The notes: generated from the letters alone by a model not told the origin. A stretch of 64,000 bases of DNA from Bacilli bacterium (GCA_050953065.1 JBMNLZ010000003.1:224001-288000), one strand, 5' to 3'. Positions 1-10,555 are shown, counted from the stretch's first letter. Program-made: numbers and translations.

Positions 1-105
1 CATCAAAGCTCCTAAAAGCTTCTTATAAATAATTCTATAAATTTCCGCCACCTCCTTTAAAAATACCATAATAATACTAACATAAAGGGGCATTTTTTGC
101 AATAA

Positions 106-130
106 AAAAACCAAGAAAACCTTGGTTTTT
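106..130 (-). terminator. Intrinsic terminator after crtB
   Basis: Inverted repeat AAAAACCAAG/CTTGGTTTTT with a U-tract on the minus strand, at the crtB stop. Confidence 0.7.
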
Positions 131-947
131 ACTTAATTATATCTGAAATAATTTTTTTCTTCATACTTGGTGCAATACAATTCTTCTTTGTAAAAACATC
201 ATATTCGCTTTCTCTACAAACATCTAGAATTGCTTTATAATAAAGCAAACTTAAAAGTACTGCATTTCTTGCATCTGAATCAATTTTTCCAATATCTTTA
301 ATTGCTTGATCATAATACCCATCAGCTCTTAAAGCTAAATCTTCAAACAGTTCAATAAATTCTTTTGTTGGTTTTTGAAGTGATATATCATAATTATATT
401 TTTTTAATAATTCTTCTGGAAGATAAACTCTAGCATTTCTATAATCTTCACCAACATCTCTTAAGATATTAGTTATTTGCATTGCATAGCCTAAATTAAT
501 TAATAATGGTTTTAACTCTTCATGATTTTTAGGCGATAAAATTGGACCAAGCATCAAACCAACAGTACTTCCAATTAAATAACAATATTCTAAAAACTCA
601 TCAAATGTTTGATAAGATTTCTTTTCATAATCCATTTTTTGGCCTTTAATAAAATCTAGAAATACCTCTATATCCATTTCATATTTATTAAAAACTCTAC
701 TTAAAGACCTCCAAAAAAAATCATTTTTATTAGAAGTTTTGATATTTACAAGTTTTTCTTCAATTTTATTTAAAGCTTCTAAATCTTTTTTTTCATCCAC
801 TATATCATCTACCATTCTAACAAAAGCATAAATAGAATAAATGGCTCTTTTTTTATCCCTATTCTCGACTCTTTTGAAAGAACAAAAAATTGATTCTGAA
901 TTATTTTTTATAATTTGTTTACATTTTCTATTATCTACACATCTCAT
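129..947 (-). CDS. crtB: Phytoene/squalene synthase family (CrtB/CrtM)
   Basis: YAFVRMVDDIVD (DDxxD), YCYLIGSTVG and LGYAMQITNILRDVGED motifs; overlaps the crtI stop. Confidence 0.9.
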   Translation of the reverse strand: MRCVDNRKCKQIIKNNSESIFCSFKRVENRDKKRAIYSIYAFVRMVDDIVDEKKDLEALNKIEEKLVNIKTSNKNDFFWRSLSRVFNKYEMDIEVFLDFIKGQKMDYEKKSYQTFDEFLEYCYLIGSTVGLMLGPILSPKNHEELKPLLINLGYAMQITNILRDVGEDYRNARVYLPEELLKKYNYDISLQKPTKEFIELFEDLALRADGYYDQAIKDIGKIDSDARNAVLLSLLYYKAILDVCRESEYDVFTKKNCIAPSMKKKIISDIIK

Positions 948-2440
948 GATTTTCTTTTACTATCCTTTATAATTTCTGATACTGCTAATTTTGCACTAGT
1001 TAAAACAAAAGGTACTCCAGGTCCTGGATGACTTGAACCCCCTGCAAAATATAAGTTTCTAGCAACTCTAGCACGATTTTGTGGTCTAAAATAATTACTT
1101 TGAGAAAGAATTGGTTTTAGGCCATAAAGTGCACCTTTAAACATCATAAACTTTTCTTTAAAATCTTCAGGACTAAAAGGAATTTTAACTTCAATATGGT
1201 TTCTAATATCCTCAAAGCCTTTTATCTTTTCAAGCATGTTTAATATTTTTTCAGAAAAATCAGTCACCAAATCTTTTTTCCATTTATTTTCACTATCATG
1301 TAAATTAGGTACTGGAACTGAAACATAAAGTATTTCTTTACCACTAGGTGCTACACTTTCATCAATTTGACTTGGCGAATAAAGATAAATTGTTGGATCA
1401 TCAGGTATTCTATCTTCATATAAATCTTTAATATTTTGATTAAAGTCTTTTGAAAATCTAATATTATGGACTGGTAGATTAGGATATTTTTTATTTAGTC
1501 CTAAATAAAGCATAAATGCAGAAGACGAATATTCCATTTTCTCAACTTTTTTAGTTGGGAATCTACTTTTATCTTCTTCCTCTTTCATCAAATATTTTGT
1601 AGCATAAGGAAAATCTGCGTTTGAAAGAACAATGTCATATCTTTTAACTTCTCTATCAATTAAGATACCTTGAATTTTTTTCTTATCTATAATAATTTCT
1701 TCTACTCTAGTATTGAAATGAATTTTTCCACCTAACTCTAGAAATAGTTTTTCTAAAGATTTTGCATAAGTATACATTCCACCTTTAATATACCATACCC
1801 CGTAAATAGAAGCCATAATTGGAATTATTGAATAAAAGGAAGGACTTGTTTCAGGATTAATTCCAAGAAATATATTTTGAACTGCCAAAGCTTGGATTAA
1901 TTTTTCATCTTGAATATATTTTCTAATTAAACCATAAGTACTTTTAAATTTTTTTAATTTAGAACCTGCTATTAAGGATTTCAAGCTGTATTGTTCAAAT
2001 ATATTACGATAAGTTTTTTCAAGACAATTCTTTTTAACATATAAATATTTTTTATAAACATCTGCAATATATTCAAGATAGCCTAAAACATCTTTTTCAC
2101 TTAGACCTTCTAAATTTTTCATCGTTTTTACTAAATCATTAGACATCTGGAACTCTTTACCGTCTGCATAACTTAAAACACACATTGGGTCTAACCTTTG
2201 CATAGTAAAATAATTATCTGGACTTTTACCAGCGTAAATAAATATTTCTTTATAAATATCTGGAAACATTACAAACGTTGGACCCACATCAAATAAAAAT
2301 CCATTCTTCTTTATAATGCTCATTCTTCCACCTACGATGGGATTTTTTTCATAAATATCAACATCATAGCCATTAACTTTTAATCTAATCGCTGAGGCAA
2401 GCCCTGCTACCCCAGATCCTATAATCGCTATTTTTTTCAT
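944..2440 (-). CDS. crtI: Phytoene desaturase family (CrtI/CrtN)
   Basis: N-terminal GSGVAG FAD motif, FDVGPT, C-terminal NLYFAGGSSHPGPGVP; C30 versus C40 specificity cannot be resolved by eye. Confidence 0.9.
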   Translation of the reverse strand: MKKIAIIGSGVAGLASAIRLKVNGYDVDIYEKNPIVGGRMSIIKKNGFLFDVGPTFVMFPDIYKEIFIYAGKSPDNYFTMQRLDPMCVLSYADGKEFQMSNDLVKTMKNLEGLSEKDVLGYLEYIADVYKKYLYVKKNCLEKTYRNIFEQYSLKSLIAGSKLKKFKSTYGLIRKYIQDEKLIQALAVQNIFLGINPETSPSFYSIIPIMASIYGVWYIKGGMYTYAKSLEKLFLELGGKIHFNTRVEEIIIDKKKIQGILIDREVKRYDIVLSNADFPYATKYLMKEEEDKSRFPTKKVEKMEYSSSAFMLYLGLNKKYPNLPVHNIRFSKDFNQNIKDLYEDRIPDDPTIYLYSPSQIDESVAPSGKEILYVSVPVPNLHDSENKWKKDLVTDFSEKILNMLEKIKGFEDIRNHIEVKIPFSPEDFKEKFMMFKGALYGLKPILSQSNYFRPQNRARVARNLYFAGGSSHPGPGVPFVLTSAKLAVSEIIKDSKRKS

Positions 2441-2475
2441 TTTTCTCTTTCCCTTTTTCTTTTTCCCTTTTTCTT

Positions 2476-5400
2476 TTAAGTTAAAGTAACTGATATTCCT
2501 TTTTGAGCAACAAATGATGTTCCATCAATTTCAGCATAAATAGTTACCTTTCCTATTGAATATGCTCTAACTAACCCATTCTCATCAACTGTTGCTACCC
2601 CTGGATTACTTGTACTCCACTTAACAGTTAAAGATTCATTTTCAGGGGTAATAGTATAACCTAACTGCATTGTTTGACCAACTTTCATGGAGTTTGAACC
2701 ACCAGTAATTGTTATTGTATAATTTACTTCTGGAGGATTAGAATCAGTCACAGTAATTAAAATTGTATCATAAACAGTTGGATCGTTTACTAAATAAGCA
2801 GTAATTGTTACAACACCAGCACTAACTCCTGTAACAACTCCGTTATTAACAAAAGCTACATTATTATCACTTGAACTCCACTGAATAGCACCACCAACAT
2901 TTGAAGTTGCAGTTAAAGTAATTTGTTCTGCTACTTCTACAGTATCAAGCCCACTAATTGTTACAGTAGGTGTAACTTGGCTTACACTAATATTTGTAAA
3001 AGCTACTATTTCATCTCCTGAAATATCAACAATTAAATATATCGTAACATTTCCAGTACTAACTCCTTTAACTAAACCACCAGATGTTACAGATGCAACT
3101 CCCACATTACTGCTTGACCACGAAATAATAGCATTAGGGTTAGCTGGATCAATTACATACCCAAGTTGTAATTCTTCATTCACTGTAATATTTTTTGAAT
3201 TAGTGATGTATACATTTGGAAGAGAACTTGAATTATTAGTTACCGCAACCTCATGTGTTGCATAAACATTAGCATCAGTTGAAAGTGCTGCTTTAATATT
3301 AACAACTCCTTCTGCAACGCCATATACTATACCATTATTAACAATCGCTACATTTGAATTACTACTTGTCCAAGTAACATTTCCACCATTAGAAGCACTT
3401 GCAAGTAAAGTTATTGTTTCTTCGATATTAACCTCATGAGCACCAGTAATTGTTATCGTAATTACTTCAGTTTCAGTTACTGTAATATTAACAGAGTTAG
3501 TAATTGTAGTTCCTTCAATTGAAGCAGTTATTTGAACAGTACCTGTTGCTTTTGCAGTAACAAGCCCAGTTGCACTAACTGATGCCACACTAGAGTTGCT
3601 TGATTCCCATAATACAACTGCACTACTATTTGCAGGATTAATTGTATAACCAAGTTGTCTAGTATTACCAATTACTAAATTGACATTGTTTGTTATTGTA
3701 AGAGTACTACCTGGTCCAGTTTCTAAAACTTTAATACTATGTGTTGCTGATACATCTTCATCTGATGATAGATAAGCAGTAATATTTACATCTCCTTGTG
3801 CAACACCATATACTACACCATTATTAACAAATGCTATATTACTATTACTTGTAGTCCAAGTAATAGCACCCTCTAGATTACACGTGGCTTTTAATGTTAT
3901 TTGTTCACCTTTAATTATTTGATTTCCACCAGTTATACTCATAATTCCATTTGGAGAAGAAGCTTCACTAACTACTTCTAGTTGGTGAGTTGCTTTAACT
4001 GCTGGATCACTTTGTAAATAAGCAGAAATTATAACCGTACCTACTGCTAAACCTAAAACACTTCCATTATTAACTAACGCTTTATTTGTATCACTACTTT
4101 CCCAAACAATCGTACCAACTTCAGAACATTCAACTATTAAATCAATAGTATTAGCAACTACTACTTCACTTGGCCCAGTAATTGTAATAGTTGGTGCAGC
4201 AACTATTAATAAAGTTACTGTACTTGAAACATTTTGATTTGCAGTTAGAGTTGCAGTAATTACAACCGAACCTTCGCCTATTCCTGTTACTAATCCACTA
4301 CTATTTACTGTTGCCATATTAGTATGATTTGAAGTATAACTAACAATAACTCCTTCTGGAACTAACCCAAGTTGCATTGTGCTTCCTACATATAAATAAC
4401 TATTTTGTCTAATCAACATAATAGAAGTAGGTATAATATAAATTTCTATTGTATCAGTAATTGTTTCATCTTCATCTAGTGTTACAGTAATATCAACAAA
4501 GCCACCTTTTTTTGCAGTAATTAAACCAGTTGCTGAGACTGTTGCAATATTTTCATCTGATGAGGCAAAACTATAACTAGCATTCTTAGGAGTAACAACT
4601 ACGACAGCTTGTGAAGTCTCACCAACAGTTATCTCAGTTGCAGTACCAATTAAACTAATAGATCTTACAACATCATAAACTGTAATCAACACTTCATCAT
4701 AAATACTAGAACCTTCAATTGAAACTGTAATCGTAGCAGTTCCTACTTTTTTGGCTTCTAGTAAACCACTAGAATTAATACTTATTATACTATTATCACT
4801 ACTACTCCAATTTATGATAATTGATTCATCGATAAAATTAATTGAATAACCAAGTTGTAAAGTTTCACCAAGTCCAACATCACTTGCATTGTTTATTATA
4901 ATACTTTGAGTTAAATTATCTTGATTTTCAAAAACTTCAATTTCATATGATGTAATTAAAGTTGGATCACTTGACAAAAAGGCTACAATATCAACAACAC
5001 CTGCACTAACTCCAGTAACTTTTCCAGTTTCATCAACTGTAGCAATATTCTTATCACTAGAAACCCAAGAAATATTGCCAACAACAGAACAAGTTGCAGT
5101 TAATTTAATATTTTTTGAAACTAATAATTCATTAAACCCGGTAATTGTAATTGTCTCACCTGAATTAGGACTCATAACTAAAACAATATGAGTTGAAAAA
5201 ATGCTAGGATCATTTTTTAAACTAGCAATGATTGTTGCTTGTCCAACAGACACCCCATAGACAATGCCATTAACAACCGTAGCAACATATGGATTACTAC
5301 TTGACCATGCAAAATTTGTTGCTCCTAAAGATTCTGTTGCATTAAGTAAAATTGTATCACCTACTAAAACTGTATCATTACCTGTTATTGTTATAGTAGG

Positions 5401-6750
5401 TTTTTCTATTTCACCTGAAATAGTGATAACATAGGTTGCACTAAATTCATCATTGTAACCAGCTGAGGCTACAACTACTAAATTACCAGCTTTATGAGCA
5501 GTTAATAAGCCTGAAGCTGAAATTGTAGCTAAAGCTGTATTAGTACTAACCCATTTTATTTCAGAATAATAAGTTGATGAAAAATTAACATTAAGTTGTA
5601 GAGTCTCACCGCTTGCAATAGTATTGCTATCAGCAGTTATACTCATGTTAACTGTTGTAATATCATTTACATAAATTCTATAATTAGAACTAATCGTAGA
5701 ATCACTTTTTAGCGTTGCTGTAATATCAGTAATTCCCTTTTTAATTGGATTTATAACACCTTCATTGTCAACAGTTGCAACACTTACATCACTACTTGTC
5801 CAATTTACCACCGCATCAACATTATAAGGTCTTTCTACCGCAATCAAAGTTGCACTGTTTCCAACTTGAAAATATCTTTTACCTAATATATCAACTGAAA
5901 TTTCTATTTTAGCTTCCGTAACTTCAAAAATTAAATATGCTCTAACCTTTGTATCAGTGCTTAAAACTGCACTAACTACTGCCGTTCCAACGGCATTAGC
6001 TGTAGCAGTATTACCACTAATACTTACTACGGATGGAGTATCAGAAGAAAAAGTTACTAGCGAAGAATTAGTAATATTTTCTAAAACAGGAGCAAGTACT
6101 GCAGTATCTCCTACAAATAAATCAAGTTTACTATTAGCAAAAGTAATACTTGGTGTAATATCTGCTAAACTTTGACCAACTATAATATCTACTGAGGTAA
6201 ATTTATCAGTTCCAACTATAGTTACTGTGATTGTTGTTGTTCCACTTGTAAAAGCTCTAACTAACCCTGAATTACTAACATTAGCAACACTTGGTTTACT
6301 ACTGTGCCATTGAAGTTGAGATGATGAGCCATTTGCACTGCTAATAGAGTAAGCAAGTTGTAATTCATCTCCTATAAGCAAGTTTTTTGCATTGGTAATT
6401 TCAATGTCTCTTTGGTCAAGATGTTCTTCAATTATTTCAATGTCTATGAAATATTTTACATCTTCATATGTAACAAAAATACTTTGATCACCTAAAGTTG
6501 TATTATCAAAACCTGTTATCATATTTTTTTCAACAACAATATTTAAAACAGTACCATCTTTATAAGTTCTTTTAATAATTAAACCAGATAAATCTATTTC
6601 TTCATCTAATTCATAAACTGTTTGAAAATTAGTCGTATCTAAAGAAACTTCATATTTTGAAGCATTTAATTTACATCCGTTTAAAAAAAGAAAAAAGAAA
6701 AGAGGTATCATTAATAACCATTTCTTATTTAAAAAAATATTTTTCATCAT
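2476..6750 (-). CDS. Large surface lipoprotein with tandem bacterial Ig-like (Big_2-type) repeats
   Basis: Lipobox-like LNGC after a hydrophobic stretch; many ~80-aa repeats of W-S-S-S-x-x-x-VA-x-V...G-x-V...G-x-x-x-IT. Confidence 0.85.
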   Translation of the reverse strand: MMKNIFLNKKWLLMIPLFFFLFLNGCKLNASKYEVSLDTTNFQTVYELDEEIDLSGLIIKRTYKDGTVLNIVVEKNMITGFDNTTLGDQSIFVTYEDVKYFIDIEIIEEHLDQRDIEITNAKNLLIGDELQLAYSISSANGSSSQLQWHSSKPSVANVSNSGLVRAFTSGTTTITVTIVGTDKFTSVDIIVGQSLADITPSITFANSKLDLFVGDTAVLAPVLENITNSSLVTFSSDTPSVVSISGNTATANAVGTAVVSAVLSTDTKVRAYLIFEVTEAKIEISVDILGKRYFQVGNSATLIAVERPYNVDAVVNWTSSDVSVATVDNEGVINPIKKGITDITATLKSDSTISSNYRIYVNDITTVNMSITADSNTIASGETLQLNVNFSSTYYSEIKWVSTNTALATISASGLLTAHKAGNLVVVASAGYNDEFSATYVITISGEIEKPTITITGNDTVLVGDTILLNATESLGATNFAWSSSNPYVATVVNGIVYGVSVGQATIIASLKNDPSIFSTHIVLVMSPNSGETITITGFNELLVSKNIKLTATCSVVGNISWVSSDKNIATVDETGKVTGVSAGVVDIVAFLSSDPTLITSYEIEVFENQDNLTQSIIINNASDVGLGETLQLGYSINFIDESIIINWSSSDNSIISINSSGLLEAKKVGTATITVSIEGSSIYDEVLITVYDVVRSISLIGTATEITVGETSQAVVVVTPKNASYSFASSDENIATVSATGLITAKKGGFVDITVTLDEDETITDTIEIYIIPTSIMLIRQNSYLYVGSTMQLGLVPEGVIVSYTSNHTNMATVNSSGLVTGIGEGSVVITATLTANQNVSSTVTLLIVAAPTITITGPSEVVVANTIDLIVECSEVGTIVWESSDTNKALVNNGSVLGLAVGTVIISAYLQSDPAVKATHQLEVVSEASSPNGIMSITGGNQIIKGEQITLKATCNLEGAITWTTSNSNIAFVNNGVVYGVAQGDVNITAYLSSDEDVSATHSIKVLETGPGSTLTITNNVNLVIGNTRQLGYTINPANSSAVVLWESSNSSVASVSATGLVTAKATGTVQITASIEGTTITNSVNITVTETEVITITITGAHEVNIEETITLLASASNGGNVTWTSSNSNVAIVNNGIVYGVAEGVVNIKAALSTDANVYATHEVAVTNNSSSLPNVYITNSKNITVNEELQLGYVIDPANPNAIISWSSSNVGVASVTSGGLVKGVSTGNVTIYLIVDISGDEIVAFTNISVSQVTPTVTISGLDTVEVAEQITLTATSNVGGAIQWSSSDNNVAFVNNGVVTGVSAGVVTITAYLVNDPTVYDTILITVTDSNPPEVNYTITITGGSNSMKVGQTMQLGYTITPENESLTVKWSTSNPGVATVDENGLVRAYSIGKVTIYAEIDGTSFVAQKGISVTLT

Positions 6751-6875
6751 TATTCCCCCTTTTTAAACACTCTTTCTTAAAATCCTTTGATACATTATTA
6801 TACCATATTTAACTTAAAATAAAGTTGTTTTTAAAGAAAAAAAGGTAAATTTTAATTTTACCTTTTTCTTGCTTT

Positions 6876-7484
6876 TTATTCAGTTTCTTCTTCAGTTTCT
6901 TCAGTTTCTTCAGTTTCTTCTTCACCTTCAGTTGGTTCTTCTACTGTTTCAACTTTAACAGTCGGTTCTTTAACTATTAAAACCATTTTTTCAGGATCTT
7001 CTAAAATTTTTAAGCCTTCTGGTACTACCATATCTTTAATATAGATAGCATCACCTGCGTTAAATTCAGCAACATCTATATCATAACTTGCAATTCCTTT
7101 TCCAACAGCATATTCTGTTTCAATAGCATCTGTAACAATTTGTACAAACAATTTTCTTTTTTCAACTTCTTCTTTGTTAATCGCAACAACTGGAATCGCT
7201 ACTATCATAGTATCAGTTTCAGAAACTTTTTGGAAATCAAAATGCATTATTTTATTTCCTCTATAAGTATCTATTTGAAGATCTTTTATATAAACTATAT
7301 GTTTTTTACCTTCAAGTTCAACTTGAAAAGTTCTACTTCTTCCAAATTCACCATAGATTTTTTTAAGTAGTCTTTCATCAATCATTACAGATTGTGTTTC
7401 AATTAGTTTGCTGTACATAACACCTGGCACCATATTCTTGGCACGCACTTTTTTTACTGATTCTTTCCTTAATTCTAATTTCAT
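6876..7484 (-). CDS. rplY: 50S ribosomal protein L25 / Ctc
   Basis: VPGVMYS and IKDLQID...IMHFDF motifs; long Ctc-type form with an acidic tail. Confidence 0.9.
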   Translation of the reverse strand: MKLELRKESVKKVRAKNMVPGVMYSKLIETQSVMIDERLLKKIYGEFGRSRTFQVELEGKKHIVYIKDLQIDTYRGNKIMHFDFQKVSETDTMIVAIPVVAINKEEVEKRKLFVQIVTDAIETEYAVGKGIASYDIDVAEFNAGDAIYIKDMVVPEGLKILEDPEKMVLIVKEPTVKVETVEEPTEGEEETEETEETEEETE

Positions 7485-7738
7485 ATGTCTTACTCCTTTT
7501 CTAACTTACTATAGTATTGTATCACATTTAAAAGAGTTTGTCTATAAATAAAAAACGCTCTTTTTTATAGCAAATGCAAAGTTTATCTTTTAATCTTATA
7601 TAATTCTATGATTATTATAAATATATCATTTACCTTTCACTTTAAATTTCATAACAAAAGCCCCTTAAGTTTTTCCAAATTATATTTGGTCCAACTTAAG
7701 GGGTTGGGGGTTAGGGGTTACAATTTTTTAAAAACATT

Positions 7739-8359
7739 TTATTCACAAAGAATTATAAGGTCATCTAAGTTTAAATCTCCCTTAGGATTGCTATGTCCTA
7801 CGAAATTAAAACTAAATGTTACCTCAGTAGTTGCTTTTGGATAGACAACTCCATTTACTCCTGTTGTATAGAAGTAAGATAAATCAAATGAAGCTTGAGT
7901 CCAAGTCTTAGGGATTGGTTGATTGTTAATCAAATATACTGTTACAGTGCCATTAATTATTGCAGTTAAAGTTAAGTTATGAGGATTATTAAATCCATTT
8001 GTTACTTGACTATAATAAAAGGAAATTGATGTAGCTCCAGTATAACTATCTGCTGATGTAAAAGATGAATTTTATTGCAATCTTAAACTTTGAGTTCCAT
8101 TATAATTATCAGTTGAACTATTACCAACAATTATATTTGTTAGATTCCATGTTTTACCATCAATTTTCAAAGTAGATCCGCCAGTATAATTTTCAAATCC
8201 GCTACCAGCCTCTCCTCTCCAATCACCAAGAGGAACCGTTTCAAATTGATTTGTAGTTAAATTATCAAAATAAGCATACGTGAAAGAAGTCGCAACAAAG
8301 AAAGTTAACATTGACATTACCATTAACATATATATTGGTATAATTTTAGTTATTTTCAT
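7739..8359 (-). pseudogene. Secreted SipW-type signal-peptide protein, paralog of 9275..9898, interrupted by an in-frame TAA at 8072-8074
   Basis: ORFs 8072..8404 and 7739..7933 are in the same frame; read-through LRLQ*NSSFTSADSYTGA aligns with the paralog LRMKRNSSLASVDSYKGA; start MKITKII at 8359 follows an AGGAGG RBS. Confidence 0.85.
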
Positions 8360-8459
8360 ATTGCCCTCCTTTCTTTTAAAATTAGCCCAAATTAAACATT
8401 TCAATCTGGGCTAGTTTTAAGTAATTCTTTTTAAAATTTGTTTTTTAAAGTGTAATAAA

Positions 8460-8954
8460 TTAAGCAACTGAACCAGTAAATGTTAATGTGAAAGTAATAG
8501 GTTGTCCTTTAACTTCATCATAAGCTGCTTGTGTAGCAGGTTCAGCCATAGTTACTTCTACAGTAAACAATGTAGGTGTTGTAGTAATTGTTGTTGAACC
8601 AGATGGAGTTACAGTAACTGTTACAAGACCAGCATGAGTTGTAGAATTATTAATTTTAACATTGCTTGCAGTCGCAACAACACTCATTGTTCCTGATACA
8701 GTTTTGCTTGCTGCAACATTGTAAGTTAAAGTAATTTTTTTAACATCATTTGGACCAACATAAGTTGCTGTTGATGGAATTAAAACCTTCCCTGCTGGAG
8801 CTGTTGCTACCGCTTCAACTTCTACAGTTAATCCTTCACCAATTGTAATTGTTTCATCTTTTGTAACTGTTAAATTATCCCAATATGCATAAATTAAACC
8901 TGCACTCAATGAAATAAACAACACTAATAAAATAACTGATAAACGTTTTAACAT
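8460..8954 (-). CDS. Secreted protein with SipW-type (TasA/camelysin-like) signal peptide; putative fibre subunit
   Basis: Hydrophobic leader ending IYAYWDNL; Thr/Val-rich beta-strand body ending ITFTLTFTG; paralog of 10073..10555 and 10656..11150. Confidence 0.7.
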   Translation of the reverse strand: MLKRLSVILLVLFISLSAGLIYAYWDNLTVTKDETITIGEGLTVEVEAVATAPAGKVLIPSTATYVGPNDVKKITLTYNVAASKTVSGTMSVVATASNVKINNSTTHAGLVTVTVTPSGSTTITTTPTLFTVEVTMAEPATQAAYDEVKGQPITFTLTFTGSVA

Positions 8955-9038
8955 TTTTAAATACCTCCTTATTGTATTCTCTCTTTTTTACGTTTTTATA
9001 TACACAAGATTTTAAAAATCTTGAATATGCCTTTTTTA

Positions 9039-9144
9039 CAAAATAAAAACTACCATAAAAATATTTTTTATGGTAGCTGGCTATCTTACATCTAAGACCC
9101 TGTAGTTTTCCGTCACTAAATCACTCTAGTTTTGGCTTTTTCAT
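9039..9144 (-). ncRNA. c-di-GMP-I (GEMM) riboswitch with terminator, copy A
   Basis: Minus strand GCCAAAACUAGA-GUGA-UUUAGUGACGGAAAACUACAGGGUCUUA...UAAGAUAGCCAGCUACC matches the GEMM layout (GNRA loop, GACG-AAA junction); its 3' end overlaps terminator CUACCAUAAAA/UUUUAUGGUAG-U5. Confidence 0.9.
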
Positions 9145-9166
9145 TTATTTATCACTTTGTATTTAT

Positions 9167-9195
9167 ATTGTAGCAAATAATTTTAATCTTGTCAA
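9167..9195 (-). promoter_or_regulatory. Sigma-A promoter for riboswitch A
   Basis: TTGACA-17-TACAAT with extended -10 TG. Confidence 0.75.
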
Positions 9196-9274
9196 CAAAT
9201 AAACACATTTTTTTAAAAATTTTTTTTTGATTGATTATTATAAATAGTTATCTTAGTAAAATGTATTTTTTAAG

Positions 9275-9898
9275 CTATAAGGGACTATATACTATCCTAA
9301 TATCATCAATATTCAAATCATATAAAGTAAATGTACCACCTGTAAAATCGAACCTAAAAGTAATTACACTATCTCTACTAAATACAGTACCATTTACACC
9401 TGTTGTATAAAAATAAGATAAATCAAATTCAGTATAACTAAATGTTTTAGGAATTGTTTGGTTATCTATCAAAGTTACTGTAGTAATACCGTTGATAGTG
9501 GCAGTCAAGGTTAATTTAGGACTACCCAAACCATATTTTGATTGACCATAATAAAAAGAAATAAAATTAGCTCCTTTATAGCTATCTACCGAAGCCAAAG
9601 ATGAATTACGTTTCATTCTTAAGCTTCTCGTATCATTGTAGTTATCCAAAAAACTATTCCCATATGTTGAATTTGTTATCGACCACACTTTACCATCTAA
9701 ATTAACATTTCCTGTTCCGCCAGTATAATTTTCAAAACCTGTTAAATAAACACCTCTCCAATCGCCAATTGGAATTGTTTCATTTTGTAAAGTGCTTAAA
9801 TTGTCAAAATAAGCATAACTGACAGAAATAGTAATAAAAAATGTTAATATTGACATTATCCATATCATATATATTGGTATAATTTCAATTTTTTTCAC
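9275..9898 (-). CDS. Secreted SipW-type signal-peptide protein (long type)
   Basis: Leader ending SYAYFDNL; beta-rich domain with TGFEN near the start and LNIDDI near the end; GTG start. Confidence 0.7.
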   Translation of the reverse strand: MKKIEIIPIYMIWIMSILTFFITISVSYAYFDNLSTLQNETIPIGDWRGVYLTGFENYTGGTGNVNLDGKVWSITNSTYGNSFLDNYNDTRSLRMKRNSSLASVDSYKGANFISFYYGQSKYGLGSPKLTLTATINGITTVTLIDNQTIPKTFSYTEFDLSYFYTTGVNGTVFSRDSVITFRFDFTGGTFTLYDLNIDDIRIVYSPL

Positions 9899-9939
9899 AA
9901 TTTTCCACCTCTAGTAGCAGTAGGGTCACGCTATTTTTG

Positions 9940-10045
9940 CAAAATAAAAACTACCATAAAAATATTTTTTATGGTAGCTGGCTATCTTACATATAAGACC
10001 CTGTAGTTTTCCGTCACTAAATCACTCTAGTTTTGGCTTTTTCAT
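9940..10045 (-). ncRNA. c-di-GMP-I riboswitch with terminator, copy B (intercistronic)
   Basis: 106-bp direct repeat of 9039..9144 with one mismatch (9993 vs 9092). Confidence 0.9.
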
Positions 10046-10072
10046 ATATTTTGCTAATTCTTTACTAACTTT

Positions 10073-10555
10073 TTATTCAGGTATCGTTGCAGTAAATGTC
10101 AACACGAAACTAATTGTTTGATTTTTTAAAGCATTTGCTGCTTCTTGACTATCTGGATCATTTATTGATACCGTAACTATTACTTCTGCTGTAGTTGCGT
10201 TAATCTTAGTAGGAGCATCAATCAAAACATTTACAAGAGATGCATAAGTAGTCTCTCCACCAATTTTAATCTCACTTGCTACTACTTCAAAATCTAAGTC
10301 TACTGATGTTGCACTAGTTAACTCTACATCATAACTCATCACAACTTCTTTGACATCTCCTGGTTTTAAAACTGCGTTTGTTGGAATTAATGTTCCACTT
10401 GGTTCTACCTTAACTGTAACATCTAATGCTACATCATCACCAAGTATAACTGATGCGCTTCTAGTTGCACGTAGTTTATCCCAGTAAGCTGATGTCATAG
10501 TTGCTACTACAAATAATATAACAAATATGAAAAACGATATGATTTTTTTAAACAT
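10073..10555 (-). CDS. Secreted SipW-type signal-peptide protein (short type)
   Basis: Leader ending TSAYWDKL; LIPTNA..DVKEV..Y.V and ISFVLTFTA motifs shared with 8460..8954. Confidence 0.7.
   Translation of the reverse strand: MFKKIISFFIFVILFVVATMTSAYWDKLRATRSASVILGDDVALDVTVKVEPSGTLIPTNAVLKPGDVKEVVMSYDVELTSATSVDLDFEVVASEIKIGGETTYASLVNVLIDAPTKINATTAEVIVTVSINDPDSQEAANALKNQTISFVLTFTATIPE

Noticed and set aside
1-60. 5' end of a minus-strand CDS running off the window
   Set aside because: An RBS-like AAGGAGG and an open frame are present, but too little sequence to fix a start or product
7700-7717. G-quadruplex
   Set aside because: Only three long G-tracts, one of which belongs to the terminator-like stem
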